Assembly: GCA_017474235.1 (NCBI GenBank)
Contig: JAFVIB010000002.1
Coordinates: forward strand, 70,445 to 134,444
Origin: Alistipes sp.
GTDB lineage: Bacteria; Bacteroidota; Bacteroidia; Bacteroidales; Rikenellaceae
Length of the DNA stretch: 64,000 bases
Direction: 5' to 3'
The position numbers were made by a program, and so were the translations under genes. The notes under the pieces were generated by a model. It worked only from the letters and a program-made list of their open reading frames with translations. It had not been told where the DNA came from and did no database searches. Positions 19,272 through 28,620 of this stretch are shown here, in pieces; position 1 is the first letter of the stretch, and the number at the start of each line of letters is the position of its first letter.

Positions 19272-19433
19272 ATGAGAAGATTGCTATATCTGCTATTGGC
19301 TCTATTGGGTTTTGTGGTTAGCTCATGCAGGGTTGAGGAGTATGGTTGCCCTCCTGTTGAGTATGATGAAGAGAAGGAGCATAGTCAGAATAATACAGAG
19401 CGTGTAGAGCCTCATTCGGGAGATGAGTATTGA
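19272..19433 (+). CDS. 53-aa lipopeptide with EYGCP motif (absent from the ORF track)
   Basis: Hand translation: MRRLLYLLLALLGFVVSSC-RVEEYGCPPVEYDEEKEHSQNNTERVEPHSGDEY*. Its signal peptide is paralogous to that of the upstream lipoprotein; it starts 4 nt after that gene's stop and ends 2 nt before the rSAM ATG. Confidence 0.85.
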   Translation: MRRLLYLLLALLGFVVSSCRVEEYGCPPVEYDEEKEHSQNNTERVEPHSGDEY

Positions 19434-19435
19434 TT

Positions 19436-20512
19436 ATGAAGGTCGATAAGTTGAGTTTAAGGCGTCGTTTGGCGCTCGAAATATGGCGTAAGTTAGAGGG
19501 TGACAATGTAAAGAGTCACCCTCTGCGCCAACTATTCTGGGAGTGTACGCTGCGTTGTAATCTCAACTGTCGCCACTGCGGCAGTGACTGCAAAACGGAG
19601 GCGGGCAAGAGAGATATGCCGCTAAATGACCTCCTTAAGGTGCTTGATAATATCTCGGCAAATACAGACCCTCATAAGGTATTTGTAATCATAACAGGTG
19701 GAGAGCCGCTGATGCGAGCTGACCTTGAGCAGTGTGGGCGGGCGATATACGACCGTGGTTTTCCGTGGGGTATGGTCACTAATGGTCTTGCTATGACTCC
19801 TGCCCGTTTTAAGCGTCTGCTTGCCTCGGGGATGCACACGGCAACAGTCTCTTTAGATGGTCTTGAGGAGGACCATAACTATATGCGTGGTAATAGTAAC
19901 AGCTTCCGCGCAGCCTCTGATGCTATTGCGATGATGGCGGCAGAGAGAGATTTTGTATTTGATGTCGTAACCTGCGTAACTCAGCGAAATATCGACAAGC
20001 TCGATACAATTAAGGAGCATCTGCTCTCACTCGGCTGTACACATTGGCGACTTTTTACCGTCTTTCCTGTCGGTCGTGGAGCTACGGATGAGAAGTTGCA
20101 ACTCACTTCGCAGCAGATGCGACAGTTGATGGACTATATTGTTGATACTCGTCGCGAGGGCAGAATATCTGTGCAGTACGGTTGTGAGGGATTTTTGGGT
20201 GCATACGAGGGCGAGGTGCGTGACCACTTTTTTGCTTGTCAGGCGGGTGTTACCGTCGGCTCGGTGCTTGTAGATGGCTCTATATCTGCTTGTGCAAGTA
20301 TCCGCGCAGATTACAATCAAGGCAATATCTATACTGATAACTTTTGGGATGTGTGGAACAACCGCTTTGAGCTATACCGCAACCGCGAATGGATGAAAAA
20401 GGATGGCTGTGCAGAGTGTAAGTTCTTCCGCTACTGCAAGGGCGGAGGTATGCACTTAAGAGATGGAGAGGGCAATTTATTGTTCTGTCATCTTGAGAAA
20501 TTGAGAGGATAA
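19436..20512 (+). CDS. Radical SAM/SPASM protein (TIGR04133-like)
   Basis: CNLNCRHC motif, ITGGEPL, SLDG and C-terminal SPASM cysteines (CQAG, SACASI, CAECKFFRYC); ATG at 19436 preferred to the TTG at 19430. Confidence 0.92.
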   Translation: MKVDKLSLRRRLALEIWRKLEGDNVKSHPLRQLFWECTLRCNLNCRHCGSDCKTEAGKRDMPLNDLLKVLDNISANTDPHKVFVIITGGEPLMRADLEQCGRAIYDRGFPWGMVTNGLAMTPARFKRLLASGMHTATVSLDGLEEDHNYMRGNSNSFRAASDAIAMMAAERDFVFDVVTCVTQRNIDKLDTIKEHLLSLGCTHWRLFTVFPVGRGATDEKLQLTSQQMRQLMDYIVDTRREGRISVQYGCEGFLGAYEGEVRDHFFACQAGVTVGSVLVDGSISACASIRADYNQGNIYTDNFWDVWNNRFELYRNREWMKKDGCAECKFFRYCKGGGMHLRDGEGNLLFCHLEKLRG

Positions 20513-20513
20513 C

Positions 20514-20543
20514 AAAAAGTGCCGCAAATTTGCGGCACTCTTT
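20514..20543. terminator. Bidirectional terminator between the rSAM gene and thiL
   Basis: AAAAAGTGCCGCA-AATT-TGCGGCACTCTTT between convergent genes. Confidence 0.7.
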
Positions 20544-21588
20544 ATTCGTTTACCTTCTTAACAAACCCCTGCGCCCTCAACTCTATCTCTCCACCGTCAG
20601 GAGTAACGAGGAAACATCCGGTCTGAGGCTCGGTAATGTGTCCGATAATATCTATGCAGCCGATAGAAGCAACCTTTTCGCGCATCTCAAGCGGAAGAGT
20701 AAAGAGCAATTCATAATCCTCACCACCATTGAGTGCTGCGGTAACAGGGTCTATGTGCATCTGCTCGCCCAACTCTGTGCATTGGCGAGCGATAGGCATA
20801 CGCTCAAGGTATATTCTCGCACCACAGATAGATGAGCGGCATATCTGCATAAGGTCAGATGCAAGGCCGTCACTAATATCAATCATAGATGTAGGCACAA
20901 CCTTCTCCTGAGCCAATGAGCGGACTATATCGTAACGGGCACGCGGCTTGAGGTAACGCTCCAAGAGGTACTCAAAGCCGTCAAACTGCGGTTTTTCGCC
21001 AACAAGACCCTCTAATACGCGGCTCTCACGCTGAAGCAGTTTGAGTCCGAGGAATGGCGCACCAAGGCTGCCTGTAATGCAGATAAGGTCATTGACCTTC
21101 GCACCACTGCGATAGACCACAGCCTCCTTCTTTGTGCGACCTACAGCTGTAATATTTATTACAAGACCATTGATTGATGCCGTTGTATCTCCACCAACCA
21201 AATCGACCTCAGCCTCGCGACAAGCAAACTCAACACCTGAGTAGAAGTCTTTCAGAAACTCGACCGAGATTTTTGAAGATATAGAGAGCGAAATGGTTAT
21301 CTGCTCTGGCAGGGCATTCATAGCAACAATATCGCTAATACCCTTTGTTACAGCCTTATAACCCAAGTGCTTTGGCGGGAAATATGTTAAATCGAAGTCT
21401 ATACCTTCAACCATAGTGTCGGTAGATACAAGCATAGCAGTACTCTTCGATGCCTCAATCACTGCGGCATCGTCACCAACCCCCTTTATAGTTGTCTTAC
21501 GATTAGACTTAAATGGCTCTGTCAGGTAGTCTATCAATCCGAACTCGCCCAACTCTGCAATCTCTGTTCTCCCTTTTATTTTTCCCAT
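20542..21588 (-). CDS. thiL: Thiamine-monophosphate kinase
   Basis: GVGDDAAVI, STDTMVEGIDF, LVGGDT, MIDISDGL and GGEDYELLFT motifs; start at the ATG of MGKIKGR. Confidence 0.95.
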   Translation of the reverse strand: MGKIKGRTEIAELGEFGLIDYLTEPFKSNRKTTIKGVGDDAAVIEASKSTAMLVSTDTMVEGIDFDLTYFPPKHLGYKAVTKGISDIVAMNALPEQITISLSISSKISVEFLKDFYSGVEFACREAEVDLVGGDTTASINGLVINITAVGRTKKEAVVYRSGAKVNDLICITGSLGAPFLGLKLLQRESRVLEGLVGEKPQFDGFEYLLERYLKPRARYDIVRSLAQEKVVPTSMIDISDGLASDLMQICRSSICGARIYLERMPIARQCTELGEQMHIDPVTAALNGGEDYELLFTLPLEMREKVASIGCIDIIGHITEPQTGCFLVTPDGGEIELRAQGFVKKVNE

Positions 21589-21710
21589 AGCGGATATTTT
21601 TTTGCAAAGGTACACTTTTTTTTGAAGTATATGAGTTTTTTTGTGGGCATAAGTGGTATAACCTTACGAAAAAATACTTAACTTCGTGCAAACTACTTAT
21701 CCCTATTCGT

Positions 21711-22880
21711 ATGAAAAAACTATTGCTACTCTTTGTTGCTCTATTTTGTTTGGCTTTTGCGAATGCTCAGGAACGATACGAGGTGACATCTAAATCGGCT
21801 TTGAATATTCGTAGTAGTGCCTCTGCCGGCAGTACTGTGCTTGGAACGGTGCAAAGCGGGTCGAAGGTAGATGTATATGAGGTATATGGTGAGTGGGCGA
21901 AGATTAAATACAATGGTCGCTTCGCTTATGTCAGTAGCAAATATCTGAAAAAGTGCAGTGCAGAAGCCTCACAAAATCAAAAGGAAGAGAATAAGAACTC
22001 CTTTTTGGGTAAGTTTGATAGTTTTGTAAGGCAATATGTGACTTATGATATAGATTGGCTGATATTCGTGATATTCGGATTATCTGTGGTATTAGCTATT
22101 GTCCGCGGTGTGCATCGAGATGGTAGAAGATATTTACGCAGTGGTAAATATATCTTTCATCTGATATCGTTTGTTATCATATGTGTTGCAGAGATTGTAT
22201 ATTTCTTGAGAATGGGTAGCGAGACGACTTGGTTCTGCATGCCGAGCAATGTCGGATGGATAGGTGCTATTGTCGGCTTTCTTGCTTTAGGATGGATGGT
22301 GTACAATCAGATAATGTGGTTTATAGATACTTTGCTTGATATCAGATACAATGCAGGCGACTTTGATATGCGCATAGGTATATACTCGTGGCCTATTGCT
22401 GTAGTTGTAGGGGTAATAGTGAGTCTATTCGAGTGGGAAGGTGCTCTTGAGTGGGTTGTGATTATTCTTGGAATTTGCCAGCTGATTCAGATAGTTCTGA
22501 TAATTGTAGGAGTTTCGTCAAGGGGTGGATTCTTATACTCATTGCTGGTAACTGCAATATATCTGATAGGTGCAGTATCTACGCTGTTTCTCCTATTGTA
22601 TTTTGTGGCATTGGTTATAGTAGTTGCCATTATTGGCTTTTTTATTATGGCATTCTTGAGTGGTGGCTCTCGTAGTAGCTCTAGCAGTGAATCTAGCAGT
22701 GAATCCAGTAGTAGCTCAGAAGATGATAGCTCTAGCTGGAAGAAAGGGTATTTAGACTATACAGATGGATTAGGTCGCATAGAGGGTAAATTTAGCGACG
22801 AAAATACATTCCACGAGTACGGCGGCGGAACCTACGACAGGCAAGGTAACGGAACCTGGAAGAAGAGGGAGTACTGGTAG
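21711..22880 (+). CDS. SH3b-domain polytopic membrane protein of unknown function
   Basis: Signal peptide; SH3_3-like 'ALNIRSSAS...GEWAKIKYNGRFAYVSSKYL'; about 7 hydrophobic segments; Ser-rich linker; short aromatic/Gly-rich tail. Confidence 0.7.
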   Translation: MKKLLLLFVALFCLAFANAQERYEVTSKSALNIRSSASAGSTVLGTVQSGSKVDVYEVYGEWAKIKYNGRFAYVSSKYLKKCSAEASQNQKEENKNSFLGKFDSFVRQYVTYDIDWLIFVIFGLSVVLAIVRGVHRDGRRYLRSGKYIFHLISFVIICVAEIVYFLRMGSETTWFCMPSNVGWIGAIVGFLALGWMVYNQIMWFIDTLLDIRYNAGDFDMRIGIYSWPIAVVVGVIVSLFEWEGALEWVVIILGICQLIQIVLIIVGVSSRGGFLYSLLVTAIYLIGAVSTLFLLLYFVALVIVVAIIGFFIMAFLSGGSRSSSSSESSSESSSSSEDDSSSWKKGYLDYTDGLGRIEGKFSDENTFHEYGGGTYDRQGNGTWKKREYW

Positions 22881-22905
22881 AGCCTAAAAGCAAAGGTAAT
22901 GATGC

Positions 22906-22937
22906 AAAAAAGTCACCTCGGTTAAGGTGACTTTTTT
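22906..22937. terminator. Bidirectional terminator
   Basis: AAAAAAGTCACCT / AGGTGACTTTTTT between convergent genes. Confidence 0.8.
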
Positions 22938-22939
22938 AC

Positions 22940-23515
22940 TTATGCGAGTTTTTCAATCTCAGCGGCGATGCGTTCAAAGACCTCGTCGATTGTGCCGAGA
23001 CTCGGAACGGCTACATACTTGCCTTGTGAGCGGTAGTAGTCGGCAACGACGGCTGTCTGCTGGTTATAGACAGCAATGCGGTTGCGGATAACATCCTCGG
23101 AGGCATCATCTGCGCGACCTGACTCCTTGCCACGGAGAAGAATACGCTTTACCAACTCCTCCTCAGGGACATCCATATAGATCATAATATCTACAGAGTC
23201 GTTGTGCTGCTCAAGGAGCTTATCGAAAGCCTCTGCTTGTGCAGTGGTACGAGGGAAACCGTCAAAGATAGTACCCTTGATACCCTTATTCGCCGCCAGA
23301 TAGTCCTCAATCATTCCGATAACTACGCTGTCCGGGGCAAGCTCGCCTCGGCTGATATACTCCTGCATTTGCAGACCAAGTTCTGTTTGTGATTTGATAT
23401 GAGAGCGTATAATCTCGCCGGTAGAGACATGAGATAGCCCAAAACGCTTCTCCAAAAGCTCAGACTGTGTACCCTTACCACAACCCGGAGCACCGAATAA
23501 TACTACATTAAGCAT
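22940..23515 (-). CDS. adk: Adenylate kinase (short LID)
   Basis: GAPGCGKGTQ, HVSTG, FDGFPRT and GRADD motifs. Confidence 0.97.
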   Translation of the reverse strand: MLNVVLFGAPGCGKGTQSELLEKRFGLSHVSTGEIIRSHIKSQTELGLQMQEYISRGELAPDSVVIGMIEDYLAANKGIKGTIFDGFPRTTAQAEAFDKLLEQHNDSVDIMIYMDVPEEELVKRILLRGKESGRADDASEDVIRNRIAVYNQQTAVVADYYRSQGKYVAVPSLGTIDEVFERIAAEIEKLA

Positions 23516-23581
23516 AACCTAAATCGTTGTAATTATGCCACAAAGTTAATCAAATTTTTGATTAACTAAATATTTCTAAGC

Positions 23582-23612
23582 AAAAAATAGGGCTTGCACA
23601 GTCGCAAGCCCC
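23582..23612 (-). terminator. Terminator downstream of lpxA
   Basis: GGGCTTGC / GCAAGCCC stem with a T-run on the minus strand. Confidence 0.65.
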
Positions 23613-23616
23613 AATT

Positions 23617-24399
23617 TTACTTTGAAGTGTAAGGTTTGATAACTCCGCGTTGAGATGAGCGGATGAAATCTATCAGAGCATCGCGCTCAGGGCTCTGAGC
23701 AACCTGAGCCTCTGCCTCGTTACAAGCATTCATATAGTTCATATCGCTCTGGAAGAGGATGCGGCAGGTCTTTGTGAGGATATCGAGCTGCTCCTCTGTA
23801 AAGCCACGACGCTGTAAGCCGATGCGGTTAAGACCTGCGTAGCTTGAGGTGTCGCTGCGGACGGTGATATATGGAGGAACATCCTTTGTGAGCAGTGTTC
23901 CGCCCTGCAACATCACATGGTCGCCAATCTTAACCCACTGGTGTATAGCGCAGTGACCGCCGATTACAACCCAATCTCCAACCTCTACCTCTCCGGCAAA
24001 TGAGCAACGGTTTGCAACCACGCAGTGGCTACCGATAACATCGTCGTGAGCTACATGGACATACGCCATCAGTAGATTGCCATTGCCGATAACGGTCTTA
24101 CCGCGCGATGCAGTACCGCGGCTGATGGTTACATACTCTCTGATATCGTTGTCATCGCCAATCTCGGCTGTGGTCTTCTCGCCACGGAACTTGAGGTCTT
24201 GTGGCAGACAAGAGATTGATGCAGCAGTGTGAATCTTGCAGCGTTTACCGATGCGTGCGCCGTCGTGGATAACAGCACCCGGACCAATCCAACAATCGTC
24301 GCCAATAACAACATCGCCGGCGATATATGCAAAAGGCTCAACGGTTACATTATTTCCCAACTTTGCGTCAGGATGTACATAAGCTAAAGGACTTACCAT
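23617..24399 (-). CDS. lpxA: UDP-N-acetylglucosamine O-acyltransferase
   Basis: Hexapeptide repeats, PQDLKF, TISRGT, HVAHD. Confidence 0.96.
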   Translation of the reverse strand: MVSPLAYVHPDAKLGNNVTVEPFAYIAGDVVIGDDCWIGPGAVIHDGARIGKRCKIHTAASISCLPQDLKFRGEKTTAEIGDDNDIREYVTISRGTASRGKTVIGNGNLLMAYVHVAHDDVIGSHCVVANRCSFAGEVEVGDWVVIGGHCAIHQWVKIGDHVMLQGGTLLTKDVPPYITVRSDTSSYAGLNRIGLQRRGFTEEQLDILTKTCRILFQSDMNYMNACNEAEAQVAQSPERDALIDFIRSSQRGVIKPYTSK

Positions 24400-24415
24400 A
24401 GTTTATCTGTTTGAG

Positions 24416-25816
24416 TTATTTGTTCTTGACAATTTGTGCCATCAGTTCAGCCTCGCAGACAAGCGTTCCACCCACAAAAGCCTTACACATCATAGCTGCA
24501 ATGCCTCTGCGCAGCGGAGATGCCAGCTCGCACTCAATCTGAAGTGTATCGCCCGGGGTAACCTTGTGCTTGAAGCGAACATTGTCTATGCGCAAGAAGT
24601 ATGTAGAGTAGTTTCCTCTATCCTCTACACTGCTCAGCGCAAGCAGACCACCGCACTGCGCCATAGCCTCGATAATCAGCACACCCGGCATTACAGGCTC
24701 CTCAGGGAAGTGACCTTGGAAGAATGGCTCATTGGCTGTAATATTCTTAATGCCGGCGATTGATGTGCCGTCGATATGGAAGATGCGATCCACGAGCAAG
24801 AATGGGTAACGGTGTGGCAACAACTCCCTAATCTCCTTGATATCATAGACAGGAGCGGTGCGAGGGTTGTACTTAAAGCGTGGCTTAATGCCCTCGCGGC
24901 GAATTGTCGCGCGAATCTGCTTCATAAACTCAGTATTTGCAAAGTGTCCCGGACGAGTAGCCCACACACGACCCTTAATACGAATACCAAGTAGAGCAAA
25001 GTCGCCAAGCAGGTCGAGCAACTTGTGGCGTGCAAGCTCATTGTTGGCGCGAAGCTCAAGGTTGTTCAGATAACCACCTGTAACGCGTATATCCTTCTTG
25101 CCGAAGATATTTTTAAGATGCTCTAACTGCTCGTCAGATACAGGATTTTCGACAACCACGATAGCGTTGTCCAAATCGCCACCCTTGATAAGATTCATCT
25201 TAAAGAGTGGCTCCAACTCGTGCAAAAAGACAAATGTACGGCAAGGTGCAATCTTTGAGGCGTAGTCATCCTCAGGAACAAGCACTGCATACTGATTACC
25301 TACAACCTTTGAGTTGTAATCCACATGCACAGATACCGAAAACTCCTCGTCAGGGTAAAGGACAATTGCCACACCCTTCTCAGGAATTGTATATACCTGC
25401 TTCTCGCGAACCTCATAGTAGCGACGCTCTGCATCCTGCTCAACAAGACCTACGCGGGCAATACCCTCGGCATAAGCCTTTGCAGAGCCATCCATAATCG
25501 GAGTCTCGGTGTTGTCAATGTCAATCAGAGCATTGTCGCAACCCATAGTCCAAAGTGCAGACATTATATGCTCAATGGTGCTGATTCTTACACCGTCAAT
25601 CTCTATTGTTGTACCGCGTGATGTGTCGGTAACATACTCACATAGTGCCGGAATAGCAGGCTGACCCTCAATATCCACACGGCGGAACACAATACCGTGA
25701 TCTGCCGGAGCAGGATTTACGGTCATAGTAACCTGCACGCCCGTATGCAGACCCTTGCCCGAAAAGGTAAGTGGGGCAGCTATGGTCTGCTGTTTGGTAG
25801 ATGAAGTTGTTGTCAT
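24416..25816 (-). CDS. lpxC: Bifunctional LpxC-FabZ
   Basis: KQQTI...GKGLHTG, TIEH, HKLLDLLGD (LpxC); LPHRYPFLLVDR and MPGVLIIEAMAQ (FabZ). Confidence 0.96.
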   Translation of the reverse strand: MTTTSSTKQQTIAAPLTFSGKGLHTGVQVTMTVNPAPADHGIVFRRVDIEGQPAIPALCEYVTDTSRGTTIEIDGVRISTIEHIMSALWTMGCDNALIDIDNTETPIMDGSAKAYAEGIARVGLVEQDAERRYYEVREKQVYTIPEKGVAIVLYPDEEFSVSVHVDYNSKVVGNQYAVLVPEDDYASKIAPCRTFVFLHELEPLFKMNLIKGGDLDNAIVVVENPVSDEQLEHLKNIFGKKDIRVTGGYLNNLELRANNELARHKLLDLLGDFALLGIRIKGRVWATRPGHFANTEFMKQIRATIRREGIKPRFKYNPRTAPVYDIKEIRELLPHRYPFLLVDRIFHIDGTSIAGIKNITANEPFFQGHFPEEPVMPGVLIIEAMAQCGGLLALSSVEDRGNYSTYFLRIDNVRFKHKVTPGDTLQIECELASPLRRGIAAMMCKAFVGGTLVCEAELMAQIVKNK

Positions 25817-25907
25817 AAAAACAATGTTCAAAAATTATTTGGGTACAAATATAGTAAATTTTCGGAAATTCTACTAAATTTGTGGTATCAAAACAGAGTA
25901 ACCGATA

Positions 25908-26750
25908 ATGGATAGACCACAAGAAGATATAAAAACGCCAAAAACAACATCGAGTAGCGACAGCCGCCCTGCGCAGCGTCCTCGCCGTAAGCCGTTACGC
26001 CTCCCATTCGACAATCGTAGTCAGGATGTGGGCGGCTGGGCGTATGACCACCGCATAGGTCTCTGTATTACCATCATTATCTACCTATTGTTGGGCATAT
26101 CTTTCTTTGCCTCAAAGATTGTTATTGGTCGCAAATCTTCACAGCAGGGTATGTTTATAGATTTGCAGACCGTCGAGATGCTCGAGAAGGAGCGTGACCG
26201 CCTTGCCGAGGAGGTGCGCCGTGCAAATCAAAATATAGACTGGAGTAAAATCAGAAATACATCCTCAAACGAGAACTCTCTCAATGAAAATCTCACCGAT
26301 GACCGTGGCACAAACACCTCGGAGCTTAACTCTGATGCAGAGGCTGTCGAAGCCCGTATGCGAGCCAACCGTGAGGCTTATGAGCGCGGTCTGAAGGATG
26401 CCAAGCGCGCCGGTGAGCGTAGTGATGAAGAGGGCAAGAGTGGCGATAATTCAAAGCAGGATAAGCGTGTTAAGGGTAGCGTTACCGTATCCTTCTCCTT
26501 CAAGAATCCTGTGCGTTATTCGCGCCACCTCGTAAAGCCCGCATATCGTTGCGAGGGTGGTGGAGAGGTCATTGTTAAAGCTGTTCTCGACCAGCGTGGT
26601 AAAGTCCTTACCGCCGTTGTTGTCGAGGGTGGAGATGAGTGTATGCGCCAAACCGCAATCTCCGCCGCAAAAGGCTCGCGCTTTGACCATAACAGTTCTG
26701 CACCTGCAAAGCAGGAGGGAATAATAACCTATATATTTATTCCGCAATAG
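25908..26750 (+). CDS. TonB-like energy transducer (single TM, coiled coil, TonB C-terminal domain)
   Basis: One TM helix and a C-terminal 'GEVIVKAVLDQRGKV...AAKGSRF...QEGIITYIF' domain. Confidence 0.7.
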   Translation: MDRPQEDIKTPKTTSSSDSRPAQRPRRKPLRLPFDNRSQDVGGWAYDHRIGLCITIIIYLLLGISFFASKIVIGRKSSQQGMFIDLQTVEMLEKERDRLAEEVRRANQNIDWSKIRNTSSNENSLNENLTDDRGTNTSELNSDAEAVEARMRANREAYERGLKDAKRAGERSDEEGKSGDNSKQDKRVKGSVTVSFSFKNPVRYSRHLVKPAYRCEGGGEVIVKAVLDQRGKVLTAVVVEGGDECMRQTAISAAKGSRFDHNSSAPAKQEGIITYIFIPQ

Positions 26751-26779
26751 ATATAACTAACCAAATATAAGCTACTAAA

Positions 26780-28618
26780 ATGGAAAGACAAACCTCGCTG
26801 CTTAAGGATGTCGTGATTCGTTTCTCAGGCGACTCAGGCGACGGAATGCAGCTCACCGGAACTCTGTTTTCCGAGACTTCGGCTCTTGCGGGAAATGCAA
26901 TTTCAACTTTCCCGGACTATCCTGCCGAGATTCGCGCTCCGCAAGGCACTGTTGCCGGAGTGTCAGGCTTTCAGGTACACTTTGGCTCGGCTGCAATAAA
27001 CAACCCGGGCGACAAGTGTGATGTGCTTGTGGCAATGAACCCCGCTGCGCTGAAGGCTAATGCCCGATTCTTAAAGAGAGATGCAACAATCATTGTAGAT
27101 GGCGACTCGCTTACAGCCGACAATCTTGCAAAAGCGACATTTACAACAGACAATCCGATTGAGGAGTTGGGATTGGACGATAGGAATGTAATTATTGCCC
27201 GTATTACGACAATGACTCGTGAGGCTCTTGCCGATTCGACTCTCGACAACAAGTCGAAGGTTAAGTGTAAGAATATGTTTGCGCTCGGTATCTGTCTCTA
27301 CATTACTGACCGTCCTACGGCGCATGCTCACGACTACATCAATGGTAAGTTCGGCAAAAAGAATCCTGCTGTTGCTGAGGCTAATAATTTGGTAATTGAG
27401 GCGGGTTACAACTATGCAGCAAATAACCATTTGAGCCACAATGCCTATGCCGTTGAGCCGGCGGGTCTTCCAAAGGGTAAGTATCGCACAATAAACGGAA
27501 ATGTGGCTACTGCGTGGGGCTTTATAGCAGCTTCGGAGAAGAGCTCTCGCCCGCTATTTTGCGGTTCATATCCGATTACTCCGGCAACGGTTATTTTGGA
27601 GGAGCTTGCAAAGCATAAGTCATTAGGTGTAAAGACCGTGCAGGCAGAGGATGAGATTGCCGGTATCTGTACAGCGGTAGGTGCTGCTTATGCGGGTAAT
27701 TTTGCCGTTACGACAACTTCAGGTCCGGGATTGTCGCTCAAGAGTGAGGCTTTAGGTCTTGCAGTGATGGCAGAGCTGCCACTTGTTGTGGTAGATGTGC
27801 AGCGTGGTGGTCCTTCGACAGGTCTGCCGACAAAGACCGAGCAGAGCGATTTGTTGCAGGCTCTCTATGGCAGAAATGGCGAGTGTCCTGTGCCGGTTGT
27901 TGCAGCCTCGTCGCCAAGCGACTGCTTCAAATATGCCTTCGAGGCGTCAAAAATCGCTATGGAGCATATGACTCCGGTGGTGTTGCTTACAGATGGATTT
28001 ATAGCAAACTCTTCGGAGGCGTGGGCAATCCCACAAATGTCTGATATGCCGACCATTACACCACCTATTGCAGTTGCGACAGAGGGAGATTTTATGCCTT
28101 ATAAGCGCAATGAACAGAATGTCCGCAGTTGGGCATTTCCGGGCACAGCAGGCTTGGAACACCGCATCGGAGGTCTTGAGAAGCATATGACAACGGGTAA
28201 TATCTCGTACGACCCTGCAAACCACGCACAGATGGTTGCCACTCGTGCAGCAAAGGTCGCCGCTGTGGTTAATGATATTCCGCAGCAGAGCGTTGATGGC
28301 GATAACTGCGGAGAGCTTCTTGTTGTCGGCTGGGGTGGTACTCGAGGTCATCTGAATTCAGCTGTTGAGCAGTTGAGAGGGCAGGGTAAGAGCGTAAGCC
28401 ACTGCCACCTGAACTACATCAATCCGCTGCCGTCAAATATGGCTCAGATTTTTGAGAACTTCAAGCGAATTGTTGTCTGCGAGCTTAACGAGGGTCAGGC
28501 AGCCTCTTATTTGCAGGGGCTCTTCCCTCAATTCCGCTTTGAGAAGTGCAATAAGGTTGAGGGTCAGCCATTTACGGTTGAGGAGTTGGTAGATGTGTTT
28601 AATGAAAAATTGAGATAA
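26780..28618 (+). CDS. korA: 2-oxoacid:ferredoxin oxidoreductase alpha subunit
   Basis: RFSGDSGDGMQLTG, YPITPA, QAEDEIAG, TSGPG and QRGGPSTGLPTK motifs. Confidence 0.95.
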   Translation: MERQTSLLKDVVIRFSGDSGDGMQLTGTLFSETSALAGNAISTFPDYPAEIRAPQGTVAGVSGFQVHFGSAAINNPGDKCDVLVAMNPAALKANARFLKRDATIIVDGDSLTADNLAKATFTTDNPIEELGLDDRNVIIARITTMTREALADSTLDNKSKVKCKNMFALGICLYITDRPTAHAHDYINGKFGKKNPAVAEANNLVIEAGYNYAANNHLSHNAYAVEPAGLPKGKYRTINGNVATAWGFIAASEKSSRPLFCGSYPITPATVILEELAKHKSLGVKTVQAEDEIAGICTAVGAAYAGNFAVTTTSGPGLSLKSEALGLAVMAELPLVVVDVQRGGPSTGLPTKTEQSDLLQALYGRNGECPVPVVAASSPSDCFKYAFEASKIAMEHMTPVVLLTDGFIANSSEAWAIPQMSDMPTITPPIAVATEGDFMPYKRNEQNVRSWAFPGTAGLEHRIGGLEKHMTTGNISYDPANHAQMVATRAAKVAAVVNDIPQQSVDGDNCGELLVVGWGGTRGHLNSAVEQLRGQGKSVSHCHLNYINPLPSNMAQIFENFKRIVVCELNEGQAASYLQGLFPQFRFEKCNKVEGQPFTVEELVDVFNEKLR

Positions 28619-28620
28619 TT

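Noticed and set aside
21589-21710. TPP riboswitch upstream of thiL
   Set aside because: No TPP aptamer consensus is present; the short gap is occupied by divergent promoters.
24416-25816. LpxC-FabZ fusion as a novelty
   Set aside because: This is the standard arrangement in Bacteroidetes.
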